Shown: positions 39,498 through 53,254 of the stretch, piece after piece
Numbering within the stretch: the stretch's first letter is position 1
How the letters are laid out: the number at the start of each line of letters is the position of its first letter
DNA from: Octopus vulgaris
Lineage: Eukaryota
Length of the DNA: 64,000 bases
Assembly (NCBI GenBank): GCA_951406725.2
Contig: OX597816.1
Coordinates: forward strand, 11,222,001-11,286,000
Direction: 5' to 3'
The notes under the pieces: model-generated
The model's input: only the letters and a program-made list of their open reading frames with translations
Told to the model about the DNA's origin: nothing
The model's database searches: none
Position numbers and translations under genes: made by a program

Positions 39498-40132
39498 CAT
39501 ATGCATGCTTATACAAGACCGGCATTAGACTCCTCACTCGTATCATTATCGAACCGAGATTTTAACTACTTTCCTTCCTAAGCACTTACATAGCATTACC
39601 TGCCCATCATCATTTAACACCTGCTTTCCATGCTAGTATGGGTTGGACGATTTCACTGAGGACTGGTGAACCAGATGGCTGCACCAGGCTCCAATTTGAT
39701 CTGGCAGAGTTTCTACAGCTGGATGCCCTTCCTAATGCCAACCACTCCGAGAGTGTAGTGCGTGCTTTTATGTGCCACCGGCACAAGGGCCAGTCAGGCA
39801 GTACTGGCAATGGTATATATATATATATATATATATGTATACTACTTTTATTATGCCTTCTGTTACTGGCCTGATGTGTATGTTCAATTTATTTACCCAC
39901 CGCTGCTAGGAGGCAGGGGCCATCTCAACATACATAACTTTACACTTCCCAGATAACCATTTCCAAAGACCTTTCTCATTTCCTGCCACTCAGTTTCAGC
40001 ATTAGTTTGACTTGAATCAAATGTTACTCAATGCTTCTTACCTGTTAAAATCACTCTCTCTTTAAAGATGAAGATACATCTACACCCATGAAAACGCTCA
40101 CAAGCTTTTACATATCTTTATATATCACACCT

Positions 40133-40445
40133 GGAGGCGCAATGGCCCAGTGGTCAGGGCAGCAGACTTGCAGTCAGAGGATTAGGGTTTCAATTCCCAG
40201 ACCGGGTGTTGTGTGTATTTATTGAGAGAAAACACCTAAAGCTCTAGGAGACTTCGGCAGGGGGTGGTGGCGACCCCTGTTGTACTCTTTTGCCCAACTT
40301 TCTCTCACTCTTTCTTCCTATTTCATGAGTAATGCTGTGATAGACTGGCATCCCGTCCAGCTGTGGGAAACACATACGCCACAGAAACTGGGAAACCGGG
40401 CCCATGAGCCTGGCTAGGCTTGAAAAGTGCACATAAATAAAATAA
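40133..40445 (+). mobile_element. SINE-D copy with an alternative 3' tail
   Basis: ggaggcgcaatggcccagtggtcagg head. The tail differs from 4990-5357 and 47752-48114. Confidence 0.8.
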
Positions 40446-40959
40446 AAAATAATATATATCACACATCCAACTTTGCTGGTTGGTTGGCTTGAGCCTAGTG
40501 CTGCTGTACAATATCTATCAATTGTTAAAATCTTTCCTTTCTAAGTGGATATCCACACCCTTAAAGGGGTTCAGAAGGTATTAAACCATATCTGTATTAT
40601 TTCTGACTTAATACTGTAAAATCAATTTAGTGCTTGTGTGGGAGTTATTTACTAATAGCAGATTGAATATGGATACAAATGCTGTAGAGAAAGAAAGAGA
40701 TGTTCATCTGTTTTGTGTGTGTAGTAATATGGATAAGCTGGAGGTGCATGCTGGGAATGACAAACACATGCACACCTTGTTATGGCAGAACAATAATTCA
40801 GCTGGGAAATTTATATGAAAAAGGATTTAAAGAAATATACCAAAGCCATTTAAAAAGGATGGGAAGGAAAATAAAACCAATATCTTGTTAAGATAAAGAA
40901 ACAAAAAAATAAGGAATTAAGATTAAGGGGAAACTAATAAATTAATTACACAGAATACA

Positions 40960-41300
40960 AACTGAAATATGGAAGAAATGTGTTTGAAAGAATATTATTA
41001 GAGTAGCAGATGAATACTTAAAGTAAACTGAATTCTGGAAAATCAGAATTTTGTACGAGTTTTCGAGATTTTCCAATAATTGATTAGAGTTATATATTCA
41101 ATTGAAAATTAATGAAATTAAGAATAATAGATGGAAACATAAAGAAAATAATGACAGTAGTTAGATTTCAATACTTAAACGAAAATAACTCAAAACAGGT
41201 ATATTCACCATAAAGACATATTAGTGTCTTATGAAATCAGAAAATTGATTATTTATCGCAAATATAAAACGGGACGAAGCTAAACAGTCATGAATAGGAT
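40960..41300 (+). pseudogene. Ancient RLE-type LINE remnant
   Basis: SKLNSGK...KLRIIDGNIKKIMT segments, similar to the 52570 element. Confidence 0.35.
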
Positions 41301-41813
41301 AGAGAAGTTGGTTAAATAATAAATCACAAAATTACTTAAACTAGAAAATTTAAATTAATGCTTTCTTGACATAAAAAAGATATTCTAAAATGTCATGGAA
41401 CGATAATGGTAAAAGTGTTTCTTTTTTGGCACTTCTTAGTAAAAAGGATTAGGGTAGTAAGACATTCCTGGACATTAATGTCACAAGACCTATGACTCAT
41501 AGAGCTGGTTACTTGGTTTTCCTTGGTGTATAAAGGACTGAGATCTCAATGTTTTTCTTGAACGTGACGCCAGTCTGTTACAAGATTATTCATTTAAAAC
41601 CAAGTGGACTGGAGCAAAATTGAAATGAAGTGCTTTGGTCAAGAACACAATACATGATGACATCCAGGAATTGAAACTGTGATCTTCCAATAGTGAAGTT
41701 AACAAGGTAACCACTTGGCCATGTGCTTTAACACTGAGTAGGGCAGTAGATCAAAGAATAACTTGATATGAACACAGAAGTCCTCAGCTTAATAATATTT
41801 TGCTGGGTCTGAA

Positions 41814-42022
41814 AGGCGGTGAGTTGGCAGAAGTGTTAGCATATCGGGCGAAATGCTTAGTGGTATTTTGTCTGCCACTACGTTCTGAGTTCAAATTCTG
41901 CTGGGGTCGACAATGCCTTTCATCCTTTCAAGGTCGATAAATTAAGTACCATTTGGTACTGGGGTAGATCTAATTGACTGGTCTCCTCACCAAAAATTCT
42001 GGGCTTTGTGCCTTGAGTAGAA
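41814..42022 (+). mobile_element. SINE-B monomer (tail type 2) with a 23-bp TSD
   Basis: aataatattttgctgggtctgaa at 41791-41813 and 42023-42045. Confidence 0.88.
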
Positions 42023-42102
42023 AATAATATTTTGCTGGGTCTGAATATTATTGACTTGAACAGCAAATGAAAGCAAATGATCATAAAGTGCTGAAATATG
42101 TG

Positions 42103-42872
42103 ATGGCTGTGAGGTAAAGATGCTTGCTTACCAGCCACATGGTTCTGGGTTCAGTCCCATTACATGGCACCTTGGGCGTCTTCTACTATAGTATTGGGCC
42201 GACCAAAGTTTTGTGAGTGGATTTGGTAAATGGAAACTAAAAGAAGCCTGTCATATATATATATATGTGTGTGTGTGTGTGTATGTATATGTGTGTGTGT
42301 GTATATATATGTGTGTGTGTGTGTATGTATATGTGTGTGTATCTGTGTTTGTTCCCCCCCATTGCTTGACAACAGATGTTGGCATGTTTACTTCCTTGTA
42401 ACTTAGCAGTTCGGTAAAAGAGGCCAATAGAATAAGTACTAGGCTTACAAAGAATAAGTCCTGTGATCGATTTGTTCAACTAAAGGCAGTGCTCCACCAT
42501 GGTCGTAATGAAGTGACTGAAACAAATAAAATAAATAAATAAATATACTATAATTCTTTTACCTCTTTCAGTTGTTTGACTGCAGCCATGCTGGAGCACT
42601 GCCTTTAGTTCAGCAAATTGACCTCAGGACTTACTATTTGTAAGCCTAGTACTTATTCTATCAGTCTCTTTTTGCCGAACCACTAAATTACGGGGACATA
42701 AACACACCAACATTAGTTGTCAAGCAATGGTGGTGAAGGGACAAACACAAACACACACACATATACATATATATATGTATATTATGGGCTTCTTTCAGTT
42801 TTCATCTACCAAATCCACTCACAAGGCTTTTGTCGACCGGAGGCTATAGTAAAAGAGTCTTGTCCAAGGTTC
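42103..42872. mobile_element. Two SINE-A copies tail-to-tail (42103-42540 +, 42556-42872 -)
   Basis: Inverted adjacent copies. Confidence 0.8.
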
Positions 42873-42967
42873 TATGCATATATATATATATGTGTGTGTG
42901 TATAAATATTTTGCAGAAGTAACTGAATGACTCAATGTCCAAGAGTTTCATGCGTTGATACTTATAT

Positions 42968-43057
<90 letters not shown>

Positions 43058-44405
43058 ATATGTATATATATTTGTACGTATGTACATATGTATGTATGTA
43101 CGTACTATGTATGTATGTACATATCTATGTATATATATATGTGTACATACTATGTATGTATGTATGAAAAGTTTCTTTCCATTGTGAAGGTACTTGGTTT
43201 AGTTGTTAGGGTTGTCAGCTCATGCTCACAAGGTCATGAGTTCAATTCCCAGTGGCATATTATGTCCTTGAGCAAGACACTTCATTTTACATTGTTCCAG
43301 TGCACTCAGTTGGAAAAAAAAATGATTAATACCTGTAAATTCAAAGGGGCCAGCCTTGTCACACTCTGAGAATTACATTCTCCTTGAGAATTACATTCAA
43401 GGTACGTGTGTCTGTGGAATACTCAGCTACTTCTACCTTAATTTCATGAGCAGCCTCTCCTATTGATTGAAATATAAGAGTACCACTTATATTTCCATAG
43501 GCAAAATTCTTGAGTTGCAAGCACTCACAGCATTAAAGAAACAGAAATGATGCTTTTATCAAAGAATATAAAGAGGAACCCTTAAGAGAAAATTACCATT
43601 TATCTACCAAGGTGGTGAAAGATAGCAGTTAGTACCGAAATATAATGGAAGGAGGCAAAAAATATTGGTAAGTCTCTTAAAGCATTTTTTACTCATTAAA
43701 ATAATTAGAAAAAGAGATGTTATAACTGATGCTAGCATTAAAAAATAATTTAGAAAGTCAACTGATAGAAATGAGCGTGACAGCAATAATAGAAATAAAT
43801 ATCTCATAAAGATAACAATACAAGTTTCTCCTTGTAAAACATCTTAGCAAAAGGGGAGGTTCATAAACATGAAATGAATTTATACTCGAAGCAATAGTGT
43901 AAATAATATAATGTAGTATAATGATGGCTAAAATGTGAGAGGAGGACACTGGAGAAGAATGGAATAGAATCAATGTCCTACATATTAATTGCATTTGTGT
44001 GTGGGTGAGTGTCTGTGTGGGTGTTTAATAATAATAATAATGTTTGTGTGTGTGTGTATGTGTATACGTATCTATCTATACACATTTATGATTATATATA
44101 TATATATATAATATATATATATATATACATACTGAAAATTATAAATATATATATATATGTATGTTTGTGTTTGTGTGTGTGCGCATACGTATATACGTAT
44201 CTATCAATACACATTTATGATTATATATATATAAATACATATATACATACATAAAATTATAAATATATATATGTTTGTGTGTGTGCATATGTATATATGT
44301 ATCTATCTATACACATTTATGATTATATATATATATGTGTGTGTGTGTGTGTATGTATGTGTGTTTGTGTGTGTGCAAATGTGTATCTATCTATACACAT
44401 TTATG

Positions 44406-44441
<36 letters not shown>

Positions 44442-45064
44442 AAATTATAAATATATATATATGTTTGTGTATCTATCTATCTATCTATCTGTCTATCTAT
44501 CTATCTATCTATCTATATATATATATATATATATATACATAGACACATATATGTGTGTGTATGTATGTATATATATGTATATTCATCTATATATATATAT
44601 GTATGTGTATACATGACAAGGAGACATAGAGCAACTAATTTTGGCATCAGCAAGCATGAAATTGTAAATACACAATAAAACTATCAAAGTATAATTAGAG
44701 AATATAAATAATCTTTTTAATGATGAAATTATTACGTTTAGATTTAAAATTCATATTTACACATACATACATGCATGTCCACACACATACACACACGCAT
44801 ACGCATGTGTGTGTATATAATGAAAATAGAATATTTTATTTTTATGTTCAGATCATCAATACCTATAATTTAAATTTGAATAATGATTATTTCAAAAAAA
44901 TTACATAGGGTGGGGTACTGTATCAAGCAGTAGTTTTATTGCTAAGAATAGAAATAATGTCTTCTCTTCTCCCACATTTAGTTAATATGAATATGAGCCA
45001 TATAGATAATTATGAAACGGAATTGTAGTTTAAGGTTCAATTAAAATGACAAAGCAAAAGGAAA

Positions 45065-45193
45065 AAAGACATCAGATGCATTTCAGCAGGAATCATTTTA
45101 GATGTGTGTGTGTGGGCGGGAGAGAAATCGATGCAAAAATCTAAGCGCCATTTCAAAAATAATCAAAATGATTTAGCCTTGATTATCACACAT

Positions 45194-45228
<35 letters not shown>

Positions 45229-46112
45229 AGTTTGGTGATGGAAATGGGAAAAAATAGAACTGGCAAAATGGGAACTCTTACTCTTTACTCTTTTACTTGT
45301 TTCAGTCATTTGATTGTGGCCATTCTGGAGCACCACCTTTAGTCAAACAAATCGACCCCAGGACTTATTCTTTGTAAGCGAAGTACTTATTCTATTGGTC
45401 TCTTTTTGCTGTACTGCAAAGTTACATGGATGTAAACACACCAGCATTGGTTGTCAAGCGATGTTGGGGGGACAAACACAAGCATATACACACACGTACA
45501 TATACATTTATATATACATATATGATGATGATGATATATATATGACAGGCTTCTTTCTGTTTCCATCTACCAAATCCACTCACAAGGCTTTGGTTGGCCT
45601 GAGGCTATAGTAGAAGACACTTGCCCAAGGTACCATGCAGTGGGACTGAACCCGGAACCATGTGATTGATAAGCAAGCTACTTACCACACAGCCACTCCT
45701 GCGCCTATATGTATATACTCCTGCGGGTATATGCATATTTTTATTTATATTTAGAAGCAACTGAGTGACTCAAGTGCTGAGTGTTTTGTGCATTGGTGAT
45801 TATCGAATTTGTATGTCAAATATTAATGTGTATTTGTGTATTTGTGTGTGGCTGTGTGGTAAGAAGCTTGCTTCCCAACCACATGGTTCCAGGTATAGTC
45901 CCACTGTTTGGCACCTTGGGCAAGTGTCTTCTATAGCTTTGTGAGTGGATTTGGTAGACAGAAACCGAGAGAAGCCCATTATCATTATAATTAGAATTTA
46001 CAAAAAGTACAAACGAAACAAAAGACAAAAATGGGTGTGTAAACAACATAGACATGTATTAGTTCAACGCTCAGGAAGTGAAAAAGTCTTTTACGTTTTG
46101 AGCCTAGACTCT

Positions 46113-46158
<46 letters not shown>

Positions 46159-46282
46159 AAGACATCAGATGCATTTCAGCAGGAATTATTTTAGATGTGT
46201 GAGTGGGCGGTAGAGAAATCGATGCAAAAATCTAAGTGCCATTTCAAAAATAATCAAAAAGATTTAGCTTTGATTATCACAC
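45065..46282. repeat. About 125-bp direct repeat (45065-45192, 46158-46282)
   Basis: aaagacatcagatgcatttcagcagg...gattatcacaca occurs twice. Confidence 0.85.
45277..45706 (-). mobile_element. SINE-A copy
   Basis: Consensus match. Confidence 0.85.
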
Positions 46283-46403
46283 AAACACGCACACACACAC
46301 ATTATATAAAATCCCAAATTTGTAATAATATTATAAATATATATATATATATGCACACACATATATCATATATATATAATATATATATATGATATAATAT
46401 AAT

Positions 46404-46435
<32 letters not shown>

Positions 46436-46440
<5 letters not shown>

Positions 46441-46673
46441 TAGTTATCGCCATACTGATATGGCAATCTTATAAATATAAGACTAAAGCTGTCGATGATT
46501 AGCTCCAAGAGGCCACCGCCTCAAGCTAGCTATTTGACACACAATCTGCGTCCATTATAAACTTTAGTCTTATATTTATAAGATTGCCATATTAGTATGG
46601 CAATAACTATTAATTTCCAGTAACGCTGCCGTAATCTCCTTTAGAGAGACTTAGTAATTTTAATATTTCTATT
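46436..46673. mobile_element. Fold-back element in (TA)n: 53-bp arms (46436-46488, 46562-46614) plus an unpaired tail
   Basis: Arms have 2 mismatches. Same architecture as 8602-9013. Confidence 0.7.
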
Positions 46674-47243
46674 ATATATATATATATATGTATATATATA
46701 TGTATTTGTGTGTCTGTGTTTGTCCCCACCACCATCACTTGGCAACCAATATTGGTGTGTTTACATTCCCGTAACTTGGTGGATTGGCAAAAGAGACCAA
46801 TAGAATAAGTACTAGGCTTACAGACAATAATTCCTGGGGTCGATTTGTTTGACTGAAGGTGGTGCTCCAGTAGGAACGCAGTCAAATGACTGAAACCAGT
46901 AAAAGAAATAAAAGAAATATATATATTTATGATGTCCCACAGGTACGGCAACCAGTCAGGCAGCACTGGCATCGACCATGTTCGAATGGCGCTTTTTACA
47001 TGCCACTAGCATGGGTGCCAGTCAGGTGGCACTGGCATCGGAGAGCTTTCACACAGTTTCCATCTACCACATTAACTGACAAGACATTGGTTGGTCTGGT
47101 CTTAGTAGAAGACAAAGTGTTGTGATGTAGGACCGAACCTGAACCCCACATGGTTGTAAAGCAAGCTTCTTAACCACATAGCCATGCCTGTGCCTCTCTC
47201 CCCCTCTCTCTCTCCCTCTGTCCCCACTCTCTCTCTCTCCCTC

Positions 47244-47303
<60 letters not shown>

Positions 47304-47751
47304 CATAAGCATGTGTTTATACTCTTATTTGTTTCAGTCATTTTGACTGCAGCCATGCTGGAGCACTGCCTGTAGTCGAACAAAATAACCCCAGGACTAA
47401 TTCTTTGTAAGCCTGTGAACCTGGATCCTTATGGTTGTGAAGCAAGCTTCTTACCACACAGTCACTCCTGCACCTATACATCACCCTGCATAAGTTATGT
47501 ATGTATAATTTCACGCACACACATATACTCGTACGCATGCACTTATACTACCTGTGCAAGGTGCGGTATGTCGTTATGCAAAGGAACACACAAATACGTG
47601 TGATTAAAATTTGTATTGACTGCAGGACAGATGATGATGATGATAACGACCATGACAATGTTGATAATGACAATGATGGTGATGACGATGATGAAGATGC
47701 TGAAGGTGGCGATGGTGATAACGATAATTATGATGAGATTGAAGATGCTGC

Positions 47752-48114
47752 TGCTGTTGAGCGAAGTGGTCTTCGTCCTCTTGGGAGACGTCCGAAACAT
47801 GGTCCTTTGCTATTCGTAAGACCCGCAGAAGAGAAAGCAGGTCAATCCCCGACACCGAGAGCATCAACGGATGGATGAATGCGCATCCAGGCTCAGCGGT
47901 TGCGTAGGAAGTCGGGGACAAGAAACAGGAAGAAAGAGTGAGAGAAAGTTGGAGCGAATGAGTACAACAGGGGTCGCCACCACCCCCTACCAGAGCCACG
48001 TGGAGCTTTAGGTGTTTTTGCTCAATAAACACACACAACGCCCAGTCTGGGAATCGAAACCGTGATCTTCCGACCGCGAGTCCGATACCCTAACCACTGG
48101 GCTATTGCGCCTCC
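47752..48114 (-). mobile_element. SINE-D copy with a third tail type
   Basis: Head ggaggcgcaatagcccagtggttagg at 48114. Confidence 0.8.
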
Positions 48115-48129
48115 TTTTTTTTAAAGAGT

Positions 48130-48565
48130 ACATCATCATCATCATTGTTCGACCGTGGTTGAGACAATGGAATTTACCATGCTACGCCAGACTTCACGGT
48201 CCATCATAGCATTACGGAGGTCCTGTTGCTGGATGCCTGTATCCCTGGAGATTATATCAGGGTAGGAGAGTGTGCGCCCTTTGGTGTAGCTAGTAGATGG
48301 CTTCCAGAGGAGAAGAGTAGAAATTGCCTCGTTTTCAGCTCTACAACAATGTCCAGGAAACTGGACTCTCCTACCTTTCACAAGAGATGACACAGGTGGT
48401 AGTTTCCACAGAGTACAACAGGGCTCGCAAACACCCCCTGCCAGAGCCACGTGGAGCTTTAGGCGTTTTCACTCAATAAACACACACAACGCCTGCTCTG
48501 TGAATCGAAACTGTGATCCTCCGACCGTGAGTCCGCTGCCCTAACCATTGGGCCATTGCGCCTCC
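48130..48565 (-). mobile_element. Chimera: SINE-D head (48565-48412) fused to an RTE-clade ORF 3' end with a (GAT)n tail
   Basis: KLPPVSSLVKGRRVQFPGHCCR...LLLWKP...GR..LSYPD.I..DTG...L..AM.DR..WR is an RTE C-terminus. Confidence 0.85.
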
Positions 48566-49309
48566 TCAAGATGCTGGTGGTGACAATGGTGATAAGGATA
48601 ATTATGACGAGATTGAAGATGCTGCGTTGGTGGTGGGCAAGGGAGGAACACGAAGAGATGCTTGTACATGCCTATACATATTTCAATCTTTCACAGTGTC
48701 ATAGTTTTAGGTTTTCCCTCTCTTATTTCAATTAATGCCTCACAAACGTCTTAAATAGGTTGTAGAAAGCCAGTCAAGTGGAAAATGAAAACTTAAATAC
48801 GTGGATAAATAGATTAGTTCATGAAATATTGGAGAAAATCAAAGTTATTTTTAAATCACAAAAGAATAAGGTTTTCGCTATATGCTTCCTGCACCTCATC
48901 CACCACCACCTTACCCTACCCTTTTTTTTGTTTGTTTTTATTTTAGTTTTTTTTGCTGTCTTTCAATAGATTCATATAAGATATATGAATATGTTCAGCA
49001 GTCTGTAGCTTTATCTTCCATTTTTCTGAGATTCTTCTTTGGAGTTTAAGGAAATTATATTTTGTCTATCTTTCGGTACCAAAAAATTTTTTTTAAAGTA
49101 TTTTCATCTAATGTAAACATGATTTAATGATAAGAAGCAGGATGCTGGTAAGTTGGTGAAAATTCTGATATACGTTCACTGTGTGTTGAAGAATGGAACT
49201 ATAAACCAAACTTTTGCTACTACTTCAAGTCATCTTTGAAAGATATGTCTCTGCTCAAAAAAACTGCCGGTTTCCTATTTTTCTTTCTTTTCAGTTGTGA
49301 TATATGTTC

Positions 49310-49600
<291 letters not shown>

Positions 49601-50229
49601 GTCATTTTTTTGGCAGTTGTATTATGTAATTGCTATATATCCAAATATTACTGGCATACAACAAAAAGATTAATGCTAAGAAACATTATTATGTTTATGC
49701 ATGTAAATAATGTGTAGGCATGGGTGAGTTGGCGTATGAGCATGCGTGTAGGTATATACATATAAACAAAGATATATATATATATGTAGGCATGTATGGA
49801 TATGTGTGACTGTATGTGTGTGTAACTATATACAAGTATATTTGTGTGTAGTGTGAATGTATGTATGTACATATATATATATGTATGTTGTAATCTCTGT
49901 GAATATCAGTATCTCCATAAAACTTTTCCAGCTTTCATTGTCAATATGCAGTCTTTAATGTGCGTGGGTGATTGTAGGCATGTTTTACTTTGCTTAAAAA
50001 ACAAATATCGAGAAACTGATATGTTGTGAACACGTACGTAAATACATACATATACATGTATAGTTTACTGTTCCATTGAGGTAGAATCAACAAAAAAGTA
50101 TTTCATCCAGTGAGAGATAAAAATCATTTAATGTACACAGTATTTAAAATAAGAACTACTTTTAGTTTCTTGCCATGGAGACACTATGACAAGGCAGATT
50201 TAGGCATGTTTTGTAAATCTGCTTAATCT

Positions 50230-50883
50230 TTTTTACTCTAGGCACAAGGCTCTGAAATTATGGAGGAGTGGGCCAGTTGATTAAATCAATCCCATTATGC
50301 AACTAGTACTTAAACTGTTGACCCCAAAAGGATGAAAGGCAAAGTCAACCTTAGTGAAATTTGAACTCAGAACGTAAAGACAGACGAAATACCTATTTCT
50401 TTACTACCCACAAGGGGCTAAACACAGAGAGGACAAACAAGGACAGACAAGTGGATTAAGTCGATTATATCGACCCCAGTGTATAACTGGTACATAATTT
50501 ATCAACCCCGAAAGGATGAAAGGCAAAGTAAACCTCGGCGGAATTTGAACACAGAACAAAGTGGCAGACGAAATACCTATTTCTTTACTACCCACAAGGG
50601 GCTAAACACAGAGAGGACAAACAAGGACAGACAAGTGGATTAAGTCGATTATATCGACCCCAGTGTATAACTGGTACATAATTTATCAACCCCGAAAGGA
50701 TGAAAGGCAAAGTAAACCTCGGCGGAATTTGAACACAGAACAAAGTGGCAGACGAAATACCTATTTCTTTACTACCCACAAGGGGCTAAACACAGAGAGG
50801 AATTTGAACTCAGGACATAAAGACGGCCGAAATACTGCTAAGCATTTCGCCTATTGTGCTAATGTTCCTGCCAGCTCGCCTTC
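50230..50883 (-). mobile_element. SINE-B multimer with near-identical 184-bp units
   Basis: Units start at 50394, 50578 and 50762. 16-bp TSD taaatctgcttaatct at 50214-50229 and 50887-50902. Confidence 0.88.
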
Positions 50884-51929
50884 TTATAAATCTGCTTAAT
50901 CTATAGCAAGAAACTGTTAGTAACTTTTATTTCAAATACTGTGTACATTAAATATGTGGGGGTGGGGTGGAGTGGTGTGAAGGGATCTACAGGTGTTGGG
51001 GATCACAAAGGGGGTGACAAGGGACCAAGACTCCAGGTGGCTTGCTGTGCTTGTGAAGATACATCAAGCTTAGGTAAAAGCATGGTTCTCCTTGCATACA
51101 AGCATGACCCCTGCATCCTTCCCCAGCTGTGTGTTCCTAATCTTGCAGGCTTTTGGGTGCTGGTGCCACATAACAAGCACCTGTACCAGTGCCACTTAAA
51201 CTCGTCTGTCTCAGTGCTGCATAAACGCACCTTGTACACTCTGTAAAGTGGTTGGCATTAGGAAGGGCATCCAGCCTTACAATACATGCTAAAACAGGCA
51301 GGGAACTTGAGCAGCTCTCCAGCCCTGCCATCTCCTCTAAAACTTCCCAACCCATGCCAGCATGGAAAATGGAGATTAATTGATGATGTCTCACACACAC
51401 AGACACACACACACAGACATGTACTCACACATTTGGTTTAGTGGTTACCATGGCTGTATATATATAGCAACCACTACACTCTGGGAGTGGTTGGCATTAG
51501 GAAGGGCATCCAGCTGTATGCATGTAAGTATGTATATATTTGTATGTCAGATCAGATTGGAGCCTGATGCAGCCTCCTGGCTTCCCAGACCCCAGTCGAA
51601 CCATCCAACCCATGCCAGCATAGAAAATAGCTTCATTACCATAAAGCATTGTTCCTAATGCTCTGACAATTCTGCCAGTTTGTTACCTGTGAAAAAGAAA
51701 GCATAGTCACATGACCAACAATATGGAACAGGAAGTGGTTGCTCAGTGGCATTGGTCTCAGTACTTGACCGGTTCTTTATTTTATCAACCGTGAAAGAAT
51801 AGGAGGCAAAGGTGACCTTGGCAGGATTCAAACAGAATATGTAAAGAGAGGAACAAATATAGTAAAGAATTTCGTCTGAGACTTTAACGATTTTTGCCAA
51901 CTTTCCAACATAAATAACAACAGCAACAA

Positions 51930-52552
51930 CAATGAACATAGCGATGATGATATTGCTGAGGATGATGGTGATGAGGATGATGGTGATGAGGGTGATGATG
52001 ATGGTGATGATGATGATGATGATGATGACGACAGTGACGATGATGATGATGATGATGATGATAGTGATGATGATGTTGGTGATGATGATGATGATGATGA
52101 CAACGACAGTGACGACGATGATGATGATGATGATGATAGTGACGATGATGATGACAATCATGATGATAGTGATGATGGTCATGATGATGATGATGACGGC
52201 GATCATGATAATAGTAATGATGATGATGATGATGATCCTTTCTACTATAGGCACAAAGCCTGAAATTTTTGGGGAAGGGGCAAGTCGATTACATCGACCC
52301 CAGTACTCATCTGGTACTTACTTTTCCAACCCTGAAAGGAAGAAAGGCAAAGTCGACTTCAGCAGAATTTGAATTCAGAACATAAACACTAATAATAATA
52401 ATGACGATGATGATAATAATAATGATGATGATGATGATGATGATGATGATAAGAAGAAGAAGAAGGAGAAGGAGGAGGAGGAGGAGGAAGAGAAGAAGAA
52501 GAAGAAGAAGAAGAAAAAGAAGAAGAAAGAAGAAGAAGAAGAAGAAGAAGAA
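51930..52552. repeat. (GAT)n and (GAA)n tracts with an embedded SINE-B fragment (52237-52385 -)
   Basis: Direct reading. Confidence 0.9.
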
Positions 52553-52569
52553 ACACATCAACATCAATC

Positions 52570-53166
52570 ATATGAAAAGATGAAAGGAAATAGGCAAGAA
52601 GTCTATCCAAAGAGATTAGAGCTGCAACTGAAAACGAAATTGAATGGGAAGAACTTGATAACAGTAATAAAATACTGAACTGTACTGGTTATTGGATAGA
52701 GTGTGGCCAATTTGGAGAGGACCAGAGAAAAGACAGAGAAGCTGGATAGGTGAACGCAAAAGAAAATGGTTGACAACTGCACATTGCAGCCACAGGAAAA
52801 TGTTATGTGACCATATGTATAAACAGAGGGGTTGAGGATGATGTGGGCCTGTGAGTGTGAAGGGTTGTGTGGATAACTAATGCAGGGTTTTAGATTTCTG
52901 TTTGGCCAGCAGTAAAGAAGAACTTTTCAAGTTTGTTGCCAAAATTATAGGCTTATGCACTGGAACTTTACTGAGAATAAGGAAAATTATAAACAGGCGT
53001 GGCTGTGTGGTAAGAAGCTTGCTTCCCAACCACATGGTTCTGGGTTCAGTCCCACTGCATGGCACCTTGGGTAAATGTCTTCTAGTATAGCCTCAGACAG
53101 ATTAAAGTGTTGTGAGTGGATTTGGTAGACAGAAACTGAAAGACGTCCATGGTATATATATATATA

Positions 53167-53254
<88 letters not shown>

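Noticed and set aside
40133-40205. tRNA gene
   Set aside because: It is the tRNA-derived head of SINE-D, continuing into the SINE body in every copy.
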